Positions 1 to 12,298 of a stretch of DNA of 64,000 nucleotides are shown piece by piece. How positions within the stretch are numbered: position 1 is the stretch's first letter; each line of letters begins with the position of its first letter. The stretch spans positions 439,719 to 503,718 of the forward strand of contig QPGO01000040.1 of NCBI GenBank assembly GCA_008632985.1, given 5' to 3'. The notes beneath the pieces are model-generated. The model ran no database searches. It was given only the letters and a program-made list of their open reading frames with translations, and was not told where the DNA came from. The translations under genes were made by a program, and so were the position numbers. This DNA is from Psammoneis japonica. Taxonomy: Eukaryota.

Positions 1-1391
1 GGGATCACCCTTCGATGACAGCCCATTGATTGCCAAGCTTTCAGAATGATGCCAGAGTCCACATTCAAACCCGGAGAGACTGTATCTTGTGACCGAATGG
101 TACGCGGACCTGGATCAGTCAACTTTTATCGTGTACAGGGAACGGATGGTTGGGTGTTTGACAAACGAGGAGACAAGGTGATGATGACAGAAATCTCGCA
201 TTCACCCGTGTCCCACAACTTGCAAGTAGGGGGGTGGTCTCCAGATGAGGTCCGCCAGATTGCGTCAACAATTCCGGGTCTAACTGAGATTGGTCACAAC
301 GTTGAGAGCCGAGTCCTTTCCTTCCAAACCAATGGTAGCGCTCGTGTCAACATATGCTACACTACACGAACAATCGGTGCCGCACTGAACCACGACCTGC
401 AAGGCAGGACGCAGCTCTTTCGACGCGACTGCAGCACTTCTGAGCTTCGACAGATATTCGCTAATCCGAGAGTGCACACAGGAAAGGGATGCAAACAACG
501 TCGGTCCAAGAAGAGATCGCGGCATACACACGAATCTTCATCGAGCACACCAGCGAAGAGCAAGCCCTTCGAACTTCTCTGCAGGCGTTTGATGACGAGT
601 TGGCTCTTGTGAAACAGAGGCGCGCACAGGTTTTGTTGCAGCTGAAGCAATTTGACAAGGGGCACGCCGAAGCTGCATCAAAGCACCGGGGTAAAGTCGT
701 GGCATTTCAAGAGCGGCCTCAGAAGGTGAAGGAAGCCAAAGCAGCGTTGCTAGAGACACAGAAGCGAGGAGACAAAGTTTCGTCATACATGTATAATCCG
801 GATGAAATTGAGCTTTCTGGATCTGATGTCCTGTTTGCAATGGGCGGTACGGCCACGATGAAGATAAAGGGTGGTGATGGAGGATGGGCCTATACTTCAG
901 ACCTTCCAACATGCGTCCACAAATTGCTGCGTACTCGTGCATTGTCGCATCCCAAGCCTGACTATGTTGCTCTTGGAAAGGACGGTAGGTATTATATATC
1001 ATTTGAGAATGGAAAGGCAGAATGGTCTGAGTACGAGACCGAGTGGTTTGACGACATTGCAATGAAAGAGGAAGTCCAACATGCAGCGTTTGGGAGAGAA
1101 ATCAGTTCCTGTGTGATTTCGACCTCGTCCCATGCCTGTTGGAACAACGTTCCAGATCAAGTGGACAAGATTCTGAATGGCAACAAACCCATTCATAGTG
1201 TCAGCTTGGGACCGTCTGGCGAGTATTTTGTGGCTTGGGAGGATGGTACTTTCAAAGGCGGAGGCTGGAGTAACAAGCTGAACAGTGAGTTAGGAACGCT
1301 CAAACGAAGTGGCTGGCACGTCCGCGACGTCAAATTCGGAGATGATGACACCTACATCATTCGATATTCTTCATACTCCGGACCCTTTTAG
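1..1391 (+). pseudogene. Probably disrupted gene, 5' truncated by the window: conserved uncharacterised domain (..TQLFRR..NPRVHTGKG..), coiled coil, C-terminal beta-rich repeat domain
   Basis: Frame 1 reads GITLR*QP with an in-frame TGA at 16-18. ORFs 46-612 and 489-1391 overlap in different frames and both read as protein (switch near 545-555). Confidence 0.5.
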
Positions 1392-1825
1392 CTGGCTTCT
1401 GCCCCATACGCTTTTGCGAACGTTTTCGTTTGTCTATTTACTTTTGCGTAAACATAAAATCATTCATCTAGAGATTTCGTATTCTGACACTTCCGTCATG
1501 GAAAGCGCATGTTAAAAAATGATGTGGCAGCTGTGGTGCAAGGGAAGAACCTTTACATTGCATCACAACCTCGTCGACTGCACAATCTTTTTCCCAAAAG
1601 CTCAATTGCACCTCATCTCTCTACTAGAGAGTAGTAGTACCGTACCGGTAGCAGCTATTCTAACTGTGAGATTATTGGGCTCATCACCATCACCTGAGTT
1701 TGAACCACTCATAACCAAATACAACCTCATTTCTCATTGTCGCCAACTAAACAGCCAGCGGCAAGCCTATTGTGTTTGCGCTGTAGGTGCTAAGTCATTA
1801 GTACATTAGAAAACCCCAGCACAAC

Positions 1826-4373
1826 ATGGCGAAGAAAAACGCAAAGCAGAAGAAGAAGGGTAGAGGGAACAAAAAGACCTCGAAAGGTCCTTCATCTGAA
1901 ACGAAGCTCACATCGTGGGTTAGTGAAATCGGTTGGGTTTGCTGTTCTCAGAATGACAAAAACGGCGAAGAATCTTCTGAAACAATGCCTGACGCAAGAC
2001 ATTTTCCAAGAGTACAAACCAACGATGACGACGCGGTGTCTATTATTTCATGGAATGTTTTGGCTCAGTCTTATCTAACCAAACGATCTCATTGTGGCTT
2101 GCCTCAAAAGTTTCAGTCGATTGTCTTTTCTAGAAAACAGAGGCTTGCACTGCTGAGAAATTCACTCATCAGGCTGTCGTGCATCCGTGACAAGACCGAG
2201 GACGACTCAAAAATACAGACAGATATCCTATGTCTACAAGAAGTCGATCAACGTGAAGTTCATGAACAATTGAATGAATTGGGTTATCAGGGAGTCTCCA
2301 CACCAACTACGAATGGAGGTGGTGGTGGACGAGTCGATGCTTGTTGTATATATTATTTACAAAGCAAGTGGACTTTGGTGCGATCACTTGTGGTGCAACT
2401 AGATGATTTGGCCTTCAATACACGATCATCTTCCTCAGAACCGGCAACAACGCGTAGTCTGAAGGACGATCCACTAAGGGGTTTACAACAGGCCTTTCTT
2501 CGACGAAATGCCGCCATTCTGGTTGAGTTGCGAAACAGAACAGGTGACAAATTGGTTGTGGTAAACGCACACTTGTATTGGAATCCTTATCAGGAGCATG
2601 TCAAACTGTGTCAAATCCATTACGTGATGGAAAAGCTTCGCATGTTCAATAGTCAACAGTGTCCGTTGGTATTGTGCGGGGATCTGAACTCACTCCCGAA
2701 ATCTACTGTTCATCAATACCTTTCACGAGGACATGTCAACGCCAAACGAGTTGCTCCTTGGCATCATTGGGACGACACGGATAGAGATGAAACTGACCTC
2801 AGCAATGAAAAACAACAAATCGAAATGAATGGGAGCCACCGTGAGACTTCTACACCCGTATTAGATGAACTGTCGGACAAGTTGGCCAATAAACGTCTCT
2901 GGACGAGGCACCATCACGGGTCAATACCACAAACGAGTTCAACAATGGCGTCACACTCTCCAATGCTACAACAGCAACTCAGCTCCAGTCTACTCCATCC
3001 GTGAAATACATGTTGGATTTCACTCTCAATAAGCTGACAAGGTGGCTCCGCATATTAGGGATCGATGCAGCTCTTGAAACCACTGAAGAGGAACAGGCAC
3101 GAACCAAAGACGCCAACATGTAAGCGGTTTGCTCTTTCTATTATTGACTTTTCCTGTTGTTTGAACATGCACTCATCACATTCTTATCGCCGCATCATCA
3201 CCATCTTTCGCTTCTATGCAATACAGAATCCTTTTCAAACGTTGCCGAGAAGAAAAGCGAACACTTCTTACAACATCGTCAAAGCTCATGCTCCGCAAGG
3301 ACTGTCCTCCCGGCGCATACTTGGTCAATGCTCGAAACCTTGAAGAGTCTTTGGTGCATTTGCTGTTCTCTCATGGAGTAGTGTTGGAGCCACGTAACTT
3401 TTTAACGCGATGTGTGGTATGCAATGGCAGTATAATTGCTGTGACTGATGTGAACCACAAGCGCCGCATCTTTAGCGACCACGACGCTCCGGATCTGTCG
3501 GAGGAATTATCCGTGTACTGCTGCGATCGTTGCGGGCAAGGATATTGGTGGTGCGACAAACCTAGTAGCTCGGCGGCTCGAGTCAAGACGCAGGCAACAA
3601 AGCTGTTTGAGTTGTGCCTCCGAGGCGGGATACCCGTGAATGGCGACTTGCGCATGTTTGACTTTGTAAACGTCGAGCAACAACGAGAGGCCGGCAAAGA
3701 AGAGAGAAGAAAACTCGAAAATGACTGCCTCGATGTCATTGATTGGCTCAAAGACGAGCACTTGTCGCACAAGCTTCCCTTAAAAAGCGCCTATGCAGCC
3801 ACGACCGAAAGCAAGGAATCATACAAAGAGCTTTTGCCATTCACGAACGTGACAGCCGATTTTGTCGGTACGCTTGATTACATATTCTTCGACGAGGTCA
3901 GTCTCGGCCAAACACGACGTTTACACGCACCTTGTAGCTTTGAAGAACTAGGCGGTTCAAATGAGTTAAGAAACGGGCACTTGCTGCCGAGCAACATTTG
4001 GCCAAGTGATCATTTGGCTATTGGAGCTTGCGTGTCGTTTGGTCACTCTAAAAAGACAAGCAAAGAGTCGTCGCAACCGGCAGAGTCAACTGAGTCAGAT
4101 GTGCCTTTTTGTGGGATAGTCAATGCTAATCCGCCTATTCAGCCGGAGGTCTCTCACGGTACACGTTGCGATTGTGGTAAGCTCATGAACAATATCTTGT
4201 CTATTTTCTGGTGGCCCGTGTCTCTATTTTAAGCTCACGAGTTCTTTCGTTTTCGAATATTTCTAGGTTGTGTCCCAAACGTGTTGTCGCTGTTCGAGAT
4301 GGCTGAACTGCGAAAGCAGGCCAGGCTGAGAGCTGCCAAGCGAGAAGGTAGGAGGGCATCTGCCACTGCTTAG
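1826..4373 (+). CDS. CCR4/nocturnin/Angel-type EEP nuclease-phosphatase with an internal Mut7-C (PIN-like plus Zn-ribbon) domain
   Basis: EEP motifs SWNVLA, LCLQEVD, NAHLYW, LCGDLNS, GTLDYIF and PSDHLAI. Mut7-C motifs MLDFTLNKLTRWLRILGID (from 3001), RCVVCNG and CDRCGQGYW. GT-AG introns ~3121-3224 and ~4177-4266. Apparent 1-nt frameshift at ~2890. Confidence 0.8.
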
Positions 4374-4931
4374 TAATGCGGCATTGACCTCCTCCATTGG
4401 ATACGCGGTGCCGTAAGAAGCAACGGATTGCGGTTCCTCTCTTATGCATTCACCGAGTACGAGACTGTCCGACACAATTTGACGCTGGCCGTTGGTTCAT
4501 CCAAGGCGGAGATGGTGGTGATTTAACACCCGTGATCATCAGCTTGTACCAGATGAGCCCAAAACGGTGAAGGAAACAACAACCAAGCTTACTGAATGGA
4601 TTGAACAAAGTTTTGAAGGAGTAGAATGGCATGCTAACCAGTCTATCAACAAACCGTTCTCCCTATCAGCGAGAACTGTCTTTACCACATAAATGTATAC
4701 TCTAGAGTCCCCTCTTCGGCTATTTTTGGTAGTGGTCACCTGAGATAACGGATAAAGTGCGGCGACAAGAAGAAGAAGCTCAAGTGCAATGACATCTCGA
4801 TATCCAACTTGGAAGATGACACCCATCATCTAAGCCTTTCTATACTCCAACTCTGGATCGTTCTTCCGTTGATCATGGATGAAAAGTGAGCGATTGCTTT
4901 GACGTCGCCATGTTCATAATTGTCTTCTGTT

Positions 4932-6467
4932 CTACAAACAGTTGGGTCGACTGAGCATCCTTGAAGGAAAGAAGTCGCTAAAGAGAATGATGCGAAGTGC
5001 CTGGCGGTACGAAGTAATGGCCCCACTGTAGTTTTTTCGGCGAACGAGAATGTTTGACTTTTTGACAAGTGAGCGTGCCCGCGTGATTGTATCATTGTCA
5101 ATGACACCTCTGATCAGCGAAATTATTGTGTTGACAAGGTTACGAGCATCGAGAGCAGCCATCCGCGCAACGAGTGTAGCTTTCGACGACTCGGAAACCT
5201 GGGTAGCGGCACGAAGATTGTTCATGGAAGACAAGACATTTCCCGTTTTGGCGATCCTGACGGCTCTACTTAGCTTGTTTGACCCCTTTCTAGGAAGGCC
5301 TTTCTCGTCGTACACTCGCTTGATGTTATCGACCTCTCGGATGTACTTGCATAGGGCGGCTTCACTGCTAATGGGCTGACACTGTTTAAAAGTATCTTTG
5401 TTGGCAAAACCAAGTTGACCAGCAGCAATTCGCGCACCAGAATTCCCGGCAGGCTGGCTACCATCGTCGGGATCTGCATGAATAAGACAAGTACGCCCCA
5501 CCCACCAACGCAAGTCGGGAACATGAGGAACAGTAGTCATCAAGGTTCCTTCGCCACTAGCGTCCGCAATAATGTTTCCTGTATCACCGTAGTGGCGGGG
5601 ACTTGATCCCGGAAGGTCGTGCATGACACCAGTGGGGTTGTAGTGCTCACCAGCGCGTCCCAAGTCACGATCTTGTATATTGGGGATTTCTTTGAATTCA
5701 TATTCTTCACCGTACCAATGAACGTGCATACCGTGAGCCCCTTCGGTAAGTCCAGTCACATTTGCGGAAAACTCCACCACGCCATTACAGAAACGGGCAA
5801 GTCCGGTTCCAGAAATGCCTTCTCCCCGAACCCTACATACCAAAGCCTGAGGAGGAGCAAAGTCTTGTGCCATTACATGCTCCGTAACTTCCACGTTTCC
5901 AGGGACAAGCTCGTGATTTGCAATTCCGACTACACCAATGGCGAGACGAGGTCCTGCGTTGCCAGAAGGCTGGCTCACAAGGTCGTCAACATCACGGTGG
6001 ATAACGATAGAACGTCCAATGACTGAATTTCCAAAATCCGAAACAACGGTGGGTCTTGAAAAATCCCTCGTGAGAAATCTTCTCAAATACGAAGCCTTGT
6101 TGTCGATGGACTGAATGTTTCCCAAGTCGGCAACATGCCTACCGGGATCACCCGGACCAGCGTGGGGCACTTGATTGGGGTTGTAATGTCCTCCTGCTGC
6201 GGCACCATCACTGGCACCCACTTCATCACCATAAGTGTGAAAGTGAATCCCATGAAATCCATCCGACAAACCGACAACCTCCACTTGGACTTGGACCGTT
6301 CCTTCCGGTGTCTCTGTGATTTGTGCGAGACCAAAAATGCCTTCATTGCCTTCCGTTCCACGAATCACAGACGTCAAGACCTTGTTCATCGCATACGCTC
6401 TAGAAACGAGCATCAATAATAACAACGTTATAGCAGCAGTGAGGCGCTTCATGGTTTCTGATCGCAT
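4932..6467 (-). CDS. Secreted protein with two tandem Cu/Zn superoxide dismutase domains and a basic C-terminal domain
   Basis: Hydrophobic leader. Domain 1 has HGIHFH, GGHYNP, RHVADLGN, IGRSIVIH and GNAGPRLA. Domain 2 has HGMHVH, GEHYNP, RHYGDTGN, GRTCLIH and GNSGARIA. Single ORF. Confidence 0.9.
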   Translation of the reverse strand: MRSETMKRLTAAITLLLLMLVSRAYAMNKVLTSVIRGTEGNEGIFGLAQITETPEGTVQVQVEVVGLSDGFHGIHFHTYGDEVGASDGAAAGGHYNPNQVPHAGPGDPGRHVADLGNIQSIDNKASYLRRFLTRDFSRPTVVSDFGNSVIGRSIVIHRDVDDLVSQPSGNAGPRLAIGVVGIANHELVPGNVEVTEHVMAQDFAPPQALVCRVRGEGISGTGLARFCNGVVEFSANVTGLTEGAHGMHVHWYGEEYEFKEIPNIQDRDLGRAGEHYNPTGVMHDLPGSSPRHYGDTGNIIADASGEGTLMTTVPHVPDLRWWVGRTCLIHADPDDGSQPAGNSGARIAAGQLGFANKDTFKQCQPISSEAALCKYIREVDNIKRVYDEKGLPRKGSNKLSRAVRIAKTGNVLSSMNNLRAATQVSESSKATLVARMAALDARNLVNTIISLIRGVIDNDTITRARSLVKKSNILVRRKNYSGAITSYRQALRIILFSDFFPSRMLSRPNCL

Positions 6468-6876
6468 GTTTCTTCTTTTTGTGCGGTAAGTGAAGGCCAC
6501 GACTCAAAGCCGACACTTCAGCACTTCGTCGGTCGGATGAGTTGGACTTTTTCGACAGGGCAATAGTCGTAGCGCGTCCTAAATGATTGACATCTTGTGT
6601 AATGTCCAATTTTGATGTAGTAATTAACGATGAGACAAACATGACGCTCGGGACATTTCGATAATAAAACAACAGCAGCAAACGAACTGCTTCACAGCAC
6701 ATGCTGTCACACAGCCTGGGGATGAAGCACTCGAGCTTTGGATCAACAGTGACATTCCAATGATTGTAAGAACCACAAGAAAACCACACACTGAGAAAGA
6801 AGGTCAGAAGTGGCAGGGAGAGGTGACGAGAGTGGCTCACCCGAGGGGGGGCGCATGGTGGGGCCAATTGGGTGGT

Positions 6877-7266
6877 GACGCGTTCCAGCCCTAGGTGGGA
6901 CTCCGTGTGACATTGGGCCCGTAGAATTCTACGTGCGAGCTCCGTAGTACGAGAATTTAATTGATGGATATATTTATCTTCAACATCAAATAAACGGCCA
7001 AGTTTGTGGTACAATTATGCCTCTTACCACTCGACGTTTTTGCAAATGCGCCTGCCCTACGCGATTCTTAAGACATTATAGAATCGCGCTGTAACAAAAA
7101 ATGTCAAAAGTTCTTGGACGGATCGCTCAATAAGTGTACCGTAAAATGACACAAAATATAAAAAAAATCACGTAGAAATCTACGTGCGCGACATACGACG
7201 AGATTCAAAAAACTATCGATGTCACAGTTCAGTAGTACGAGGTCCCACCTAGACCTGGAACGCGTC
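6877..7266. mobile_element. MITE-like element, 390 bp
   Basis: 25-bp terminal inverted repeats with 2 mismatches (6877-6901 and 7242-7266), flanked by TGGT direct repeats (6873-6876 and 7267-7270). No convincing coding capacity. Confidence 0.55.
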
Positions 7267-7329
7267 TGGTGGCCCAGGAGGGGGCAGAGACAAGGCGGTC
7301 GCTTCTGCGGGAGCATCGTTGACTGGCAG

Positions 7330-9480
7330 GGCAAAAGGGGGGAGCAACACTCTCATTGGGGGCAGCAGCTGCTTCAGCCTTGAAAGCATCCTCCACCGTC
7401 AGAGATGCCGGTGATCACAGCGCAGCACGGTCAGCAGCAGCAAAAACTGAAGCTGCTGCTGGCATTGTGCGCAGCGCCACTTTGGGGTTGGCAGTGGCAG
7501 GTGTGCCATTGGCCAACAATGAGGAAAGGGCAGCCTCAATGGACAACAATTTGGCCCACCATGAGGGTGCCATTTTGGAGTGTGGCATTGCAGCAGCCGT
7601 GCATGATGACAGCCAAAATGCACAGCTGACTTCACTTGGTGCAAAGACAGCACAGGTGTCAGAAGCTTGACAGTGGAGGACTGATGAGAGGTGCAACATG
7701 TGTGGAAATGATGTCAAAAGACGTGCAAACAGCCATCACAAAAACAAACAGCCATGGTGTGAAAAGGAGTCCAGTGCACAAATGGTGCTGTCGTCGACAG
7801 TGCAGCAGAGCTCACACCACAAATGTGCTCTCTGCTTGTGTTGTTGACAATTTGAACAGAGAAGCATGTTGTGTCATCTTGCAGCAGAGGGGCCCCTTTT
7901 GAACTTTCATGCAAGCATTGCCCACAAGAACCTGACAGAGATCTCTGCATCAGTGTGGGAATGACGACACCGCTGAGACATGCTTGCTGCAAACAGCACA
8001 CTGTTGCATGCAGGCAGAAGTTGTGATCTTCAAAGAGTGCAGAGGGCCCAGCTGGAAAATGCCCACTTTGTGAAAAAGACACCCACAGATGTTGGCAACA
8101 AGCTTGCTTGGAAAACAAAGGTGGTTTGGTCAGTTTCCAACCCGCTGTGTTGGGATTGTCAGCCCCAACACAAGCTCTCCTGCCCAGGTGCTCTAGCCAA
8201 AAGCCACAGCTCTGTGTTTCTTTTTTGAGCTGCTTGCAAGGCAGCCATCCACCCAGGCAGCTTTTCTTGACAGTCATTGAATTGCGGGATTTGATGATGC
8301 AGCCCTCTGTCTCTCTCTCTGTCTGTCTCTCCATGTTTTTCATCATGGCAAACCTCTTGCAAACTGTCTTGTGCCCCAGCACACAAGTTGGCGCCAGTGC
8401 CACCATGAAAGGCAGAAGGCTGTCCTGGGCAAAGAAGCAGTGGGCATCCCTCCAGCAGTGTGTGCAGAGCTGCAGGTGTTGCACCACTGGCTCAACAAGA
8501 GCTTGGCAATGCAGTGCCTTCCCAACTTTTTGCAGCCAGGCTGATGTTTTCCTGAACCAGGAGCCCCCCCTCTGCAGGATTGCTCAGCTGCCTCCACCCT
8601 TTGCTGCTCTCAAGAAAGGAGACACATTTTGCTCCAGCATGTCAAGCAGGCACATGGCTGCTCATCATGCATTTTTTGCTTGCCAGGCACACCCTGCTGA
8701 TGCTGGGCTGCCACCTGACCTGCAAGATGACATTGAGGCCAACACACCTTGACACAAAATTTGAGTTTGATGATCCAACAGTGTGTTTGGAGAGGTGCCC
8801 CACCTGCTCTGGTGGTGCTGCAACACACAATGCCCAATGCTTTGTGGACTCATCTGTTGAGACCACATCCATTGGGTGATGCCCTCATTGACTCTGTTCC
8901 TTTTGGCACTCAGCCAGCTTGGGAGTGCTTTGTTTTCAGACACTGCTTGAGGCATCATTTTTTGTTCACTCTGACCACTGCAGCGGCTTTGCACTTGGAG
9001 TTCTTGATGGAACTTGAGTCTCAAATGCCGGGTTTCATTGTTTGGTTCTGCACAGGTGCACCTTGTGTTTTGGAGGTTGTCAAACTGCTGACTCACTGTC
9101 ATCACCTCATTTGTCACCGCAACAACATGCTTTGCTCTCTGACTCCAGCAGCACTTTGGATTGGCTCATCAAACTTTTTGCACATGATGTGCAACAGAGT
9201 GAAGTGCTTTTTTTTCTGGAAGCTGCACTGTGTGACCATTGAACATTGAATGAGGCCACCAGAAAATTCTCAACAAGAAGACAGTGTCTTGACATCTTCT
9301 GTCTCATGGAAAGTGGCCATGAAGGAGCTTGTTTGGATGGAATCTGAGTGCTGGGGTGGGAGGATGGAGAAGCTTGGCCTCATTGCAGGTGGCAGGGGGG
9401 TCAAAATGGAGCAGATGTGCAGTGCTGCCTGATGATCAAGCCACAGTTGATGCCACAGATGTGTCAAAGCCTGCTCACTC
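7330..9480. other. CpG/TpA-depleted block A (left part): decayed sequence of unknown origin, possibly a transposon relic
   Basis: Very few CG or TA dinucleotides, excess TG/CA, many overlapping Cys/His/Gln/Trp-rich ORFs. No intact partner recognised in the window. Confidence 0.7.
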
Positions 9481-9489
9481 CTTGAAAAG

Positions 9490-10350
9490 CTTTTTTAGCC
9501 CTCTTCTTTAAACACATTTTTGGATGACATTAGGGTTGTGTTTCAAGAACAAAAAGGCAAACATCTCTTGTCTCACTGTGAGGACCCACACCATCACATT
9601 TGGCCAAATCATCACAGTGGGCATGCCTCTTTTTTGCAGCGCAGCAACAAGAAGCAATGTCCAGAGGTGTCTCCTTGACAGGCACAAGAAAGCAAGGTTC
9701 ATTCTCCAGTTTCTTTGGGTGCAATCTTTGGCTCACAACAAATGGGCAAATGAAATTTCTCAAAATCTGCTGGCAGTGCCAAAATGTCTTTTGGAATCTG
9801 AGTCAAAAGTTTGCAAAAAACGGTTGGACAGATCCAACACTTTGAACGATGTTTTTGGCACTCCCCAGGTTGTGCAGAGGGCAACTGGAAATGACAAGGT
9901 TGCCCCACACTTGGTCAAACAGAGCACACAGTCAGATTGACCAGACTGCTTGTGCCATTTTGAAGCAGTCCACTCAAGCCTCCTGCAACTCAAAAGTGCA
10001 CGTGCAAGTTGAGGAGCTTGCCTGGCCAGCGGTCTCTCAGCGGGGCGGAGCTCAGCCGCGTGAGATGGCGCCACTCTCTGAGGACAACATGTGTGCAGGT
10101 GCTGCTCAAGATTCAACATCTTGAAAATTCTAGATGGAAACTGAATGAGAGTGAGTCACATGATGCGTCCTGTCAAAGACAAAAGAGACACTCAAAACTT
10201 GGCAGCTGGAAGAGCTCGTCGGGCAAACCCAGCGATTTTTGTGCAGAGTTGAGTTCTCCAGCAGCTGCTCCTCTGGGCAGTGCTGGCAAGCAATGACAGG
10301 GGTGATGACAATGCGGTTTAGAGTCACCAATGGTGGTTGCATTGTCATTT
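9490..10350 (-). pseudogene. Decayed LRR-family gene relic (block A, right part)
   Basis: Translation IWPNVM..FAFLFLKHNPNVIQ matches the C-terminus LWPHVL..FVFWFLKHNPNYVK of the LRR gene at 38359-39533. CG/TA-depleted. Confidence 0.55.
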
Positions 10351-10595
10351 TGATTGGAGTGGCATTGTCGATCTTCGCCCGAACAACCGGTCATTCTTCT
10401 ATCTGTTTACCTTGCCTTGTGGTGTCCGTGTTTGAATGATCTCAGAGTGTCATGTCTGTGCATGCCGTATGACCGACGACCGACCACGTGTCCCAAAAAG
10501 ACCGCTCTACGTAGAAGCTTACGTGAAATGAGTACCAGTTAATTGTTCATGAGATGTACCGTTGTTTCTTTCTCAGCATTTTTCGCTTTCAGGCA

Positions 10596-12298
10596 ATGAC
10601 CAGAGTCGCTGTTACTGCACTGAAAATGGTTCGTCGTGTTGCTTCTCTTGCGGTTCTGTGCATGGCTGCTACATGCACAGCAGCAGATCGTTCTCCTGAA
10701 GAGGATTGGTCCGCTGGAAAATGGCGTTCCAAAGGAGAAGAAGCCATGGCTTTGGGGAATATGCAGGAGGCACTGAAATCCTATCGAAAAGCAATTCAAG
10801 TCGAACCGGACAATGGTGTAAATTACTACAAATTGTTTCGTGTTCACAATCGAATGAGAAAATATGCGGATGCATTAGTAGATTTGACGAATGCCTTGGA
10901 AAAGTCACCCACGCAGTCCGAGTACCGTGTGCATAAGGCGAGATTGTTGGTTTCGCTGGGGCAGTGTGAAGAGGCTGTGGAGGAATACACAACTCTTACG
11001 ACAAGTTCTGAGAACGACACGAAATGGTCCTCTGAACAAGAAGAAGCGAAATTGTGTGCTTCTGAAATTAAAGATGCGCAACAGGCGTATTCTATGGAGG
11101 AATGGGACCGTGCGGTGGATTCCTTCAATCGCGCTCTTTCGCATGTGGAGCAGGCTTCTGATTTGCTCTTTATGAGAGCTCAGTCCATGTATCATACAGC
11201 GGATTACTATGGAGCCATTTCCGATACAGGTCGTATTCTCAAAGCGCACTCAAATCATTTAGAAGCATACCAGTTGCGCGGAGAAGCTTATTCGCGTCTG
11301 GGCGAATTGGATCTGGCGGTCAATCACTTTCGTGAGGGACTCAAGCTCGACCCAGAACACAAGGGTTGCAAGGAGGGACACAAGTATGTCAAGGGAATTA
11401 TGAAAAAGGACAAACGCGGTGATGAAGCCTTTGCAAGTGGAGAATATCAGCAGGCTATCAACCACTGGTGGACGGCCATCAACACGGACACGGACAATAT
11501 CGAATTCTTTAGGAGGCTGCTGTTGAAGATTGTCAAGGCGCACAGCAAGGCTGGTCAGCACGACCAGGCTATTTTGGAAGCCAACAAACATGTGGAAAAT
11601 AGAGAAACCGTGGAAGGATTATGGGTCCTGGGAGACGCCCTTCTTGCGGCAGAAAAGTTTGAAGAAGCAGTGCGAATCTTTCGTCGTGCAGATGAAATCG
11701 CGGTTAGTGTAGCGAAAGCAGTGACAATGCTTAATTGCTGTTCTCTGATATGCTGTTTTGTCGATCTTGTGCGTTTCTAATCCTTCTTCTAATCCACCTC
11801 GTGTTTGTATAGACTAATGAAGAGCAGCAGGAGGCTCAGAACAAGGTGCGCGAGGCCGAGGTCGCACTGAAGCAATCCAAAGAAAAGAATTACTACAAAA
11901 TCCTTGGCGTGGCTCGGAATGCCAGTTCAAAGGAAATCAAAAAAGCATATCGCGGTGAGTACAGTGATGTTGTCGGTATTAGTTTGATAGTGTTTTTCGT
12001 CAATCTGATTCCTTTCTATTCCATTTTCTGTGTACCGGTAGATTTGGCTCTCAAGTGGCATCCCGACAAGAATTCAGAAAACAAGGAGGAGGCAGAAAAG
12101 ATGTTTCATGATATCGGGGAAGCCTACGAAGTGCTTTCAGATAAGGAATTGCGGGCCAAGTATGATCGCGGAGAAGAGGTCTTTGATAATCAAGGAGGAG
12201 GCGGTGGGCACCATACGAATGCGCATCATTTCTTTCATCAACAATTTCGACAGCAGGGACGTGGAGGACAACGAACATTTCACTTTCGTACGGGTTAG
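10596..12298 (+). CDS. DNAJC3: DnaJ homolog subfamily C member 3 / P58IPK-like ER co-chaperone (TPR repeats plus J domain)
   Basis: Signal peptide, multiple TPRs, J domain ([31 protein letters not shown]). Introns ~11703-11812 and ~11955-12041. Confidence 0.88.

Noticed and set aside
2885..2895. Programmed ribosomal frameshifting at this and other frame breaks
   Set aside because: Breaks occur in many unrelated genes without a shared slippery motif. Assembly indels are simpler.
7356..10394. Dense overlapping Cys/His/Gln/Trp-rich ORFs here and in all other depleted blocks
   Set aside because: Loss of TA removes TAA/TAG stops, and TG/CA excess creates Cys/His/Gln codons and start codons. These ORFs are by-products, not novel cysteine-rich genes.
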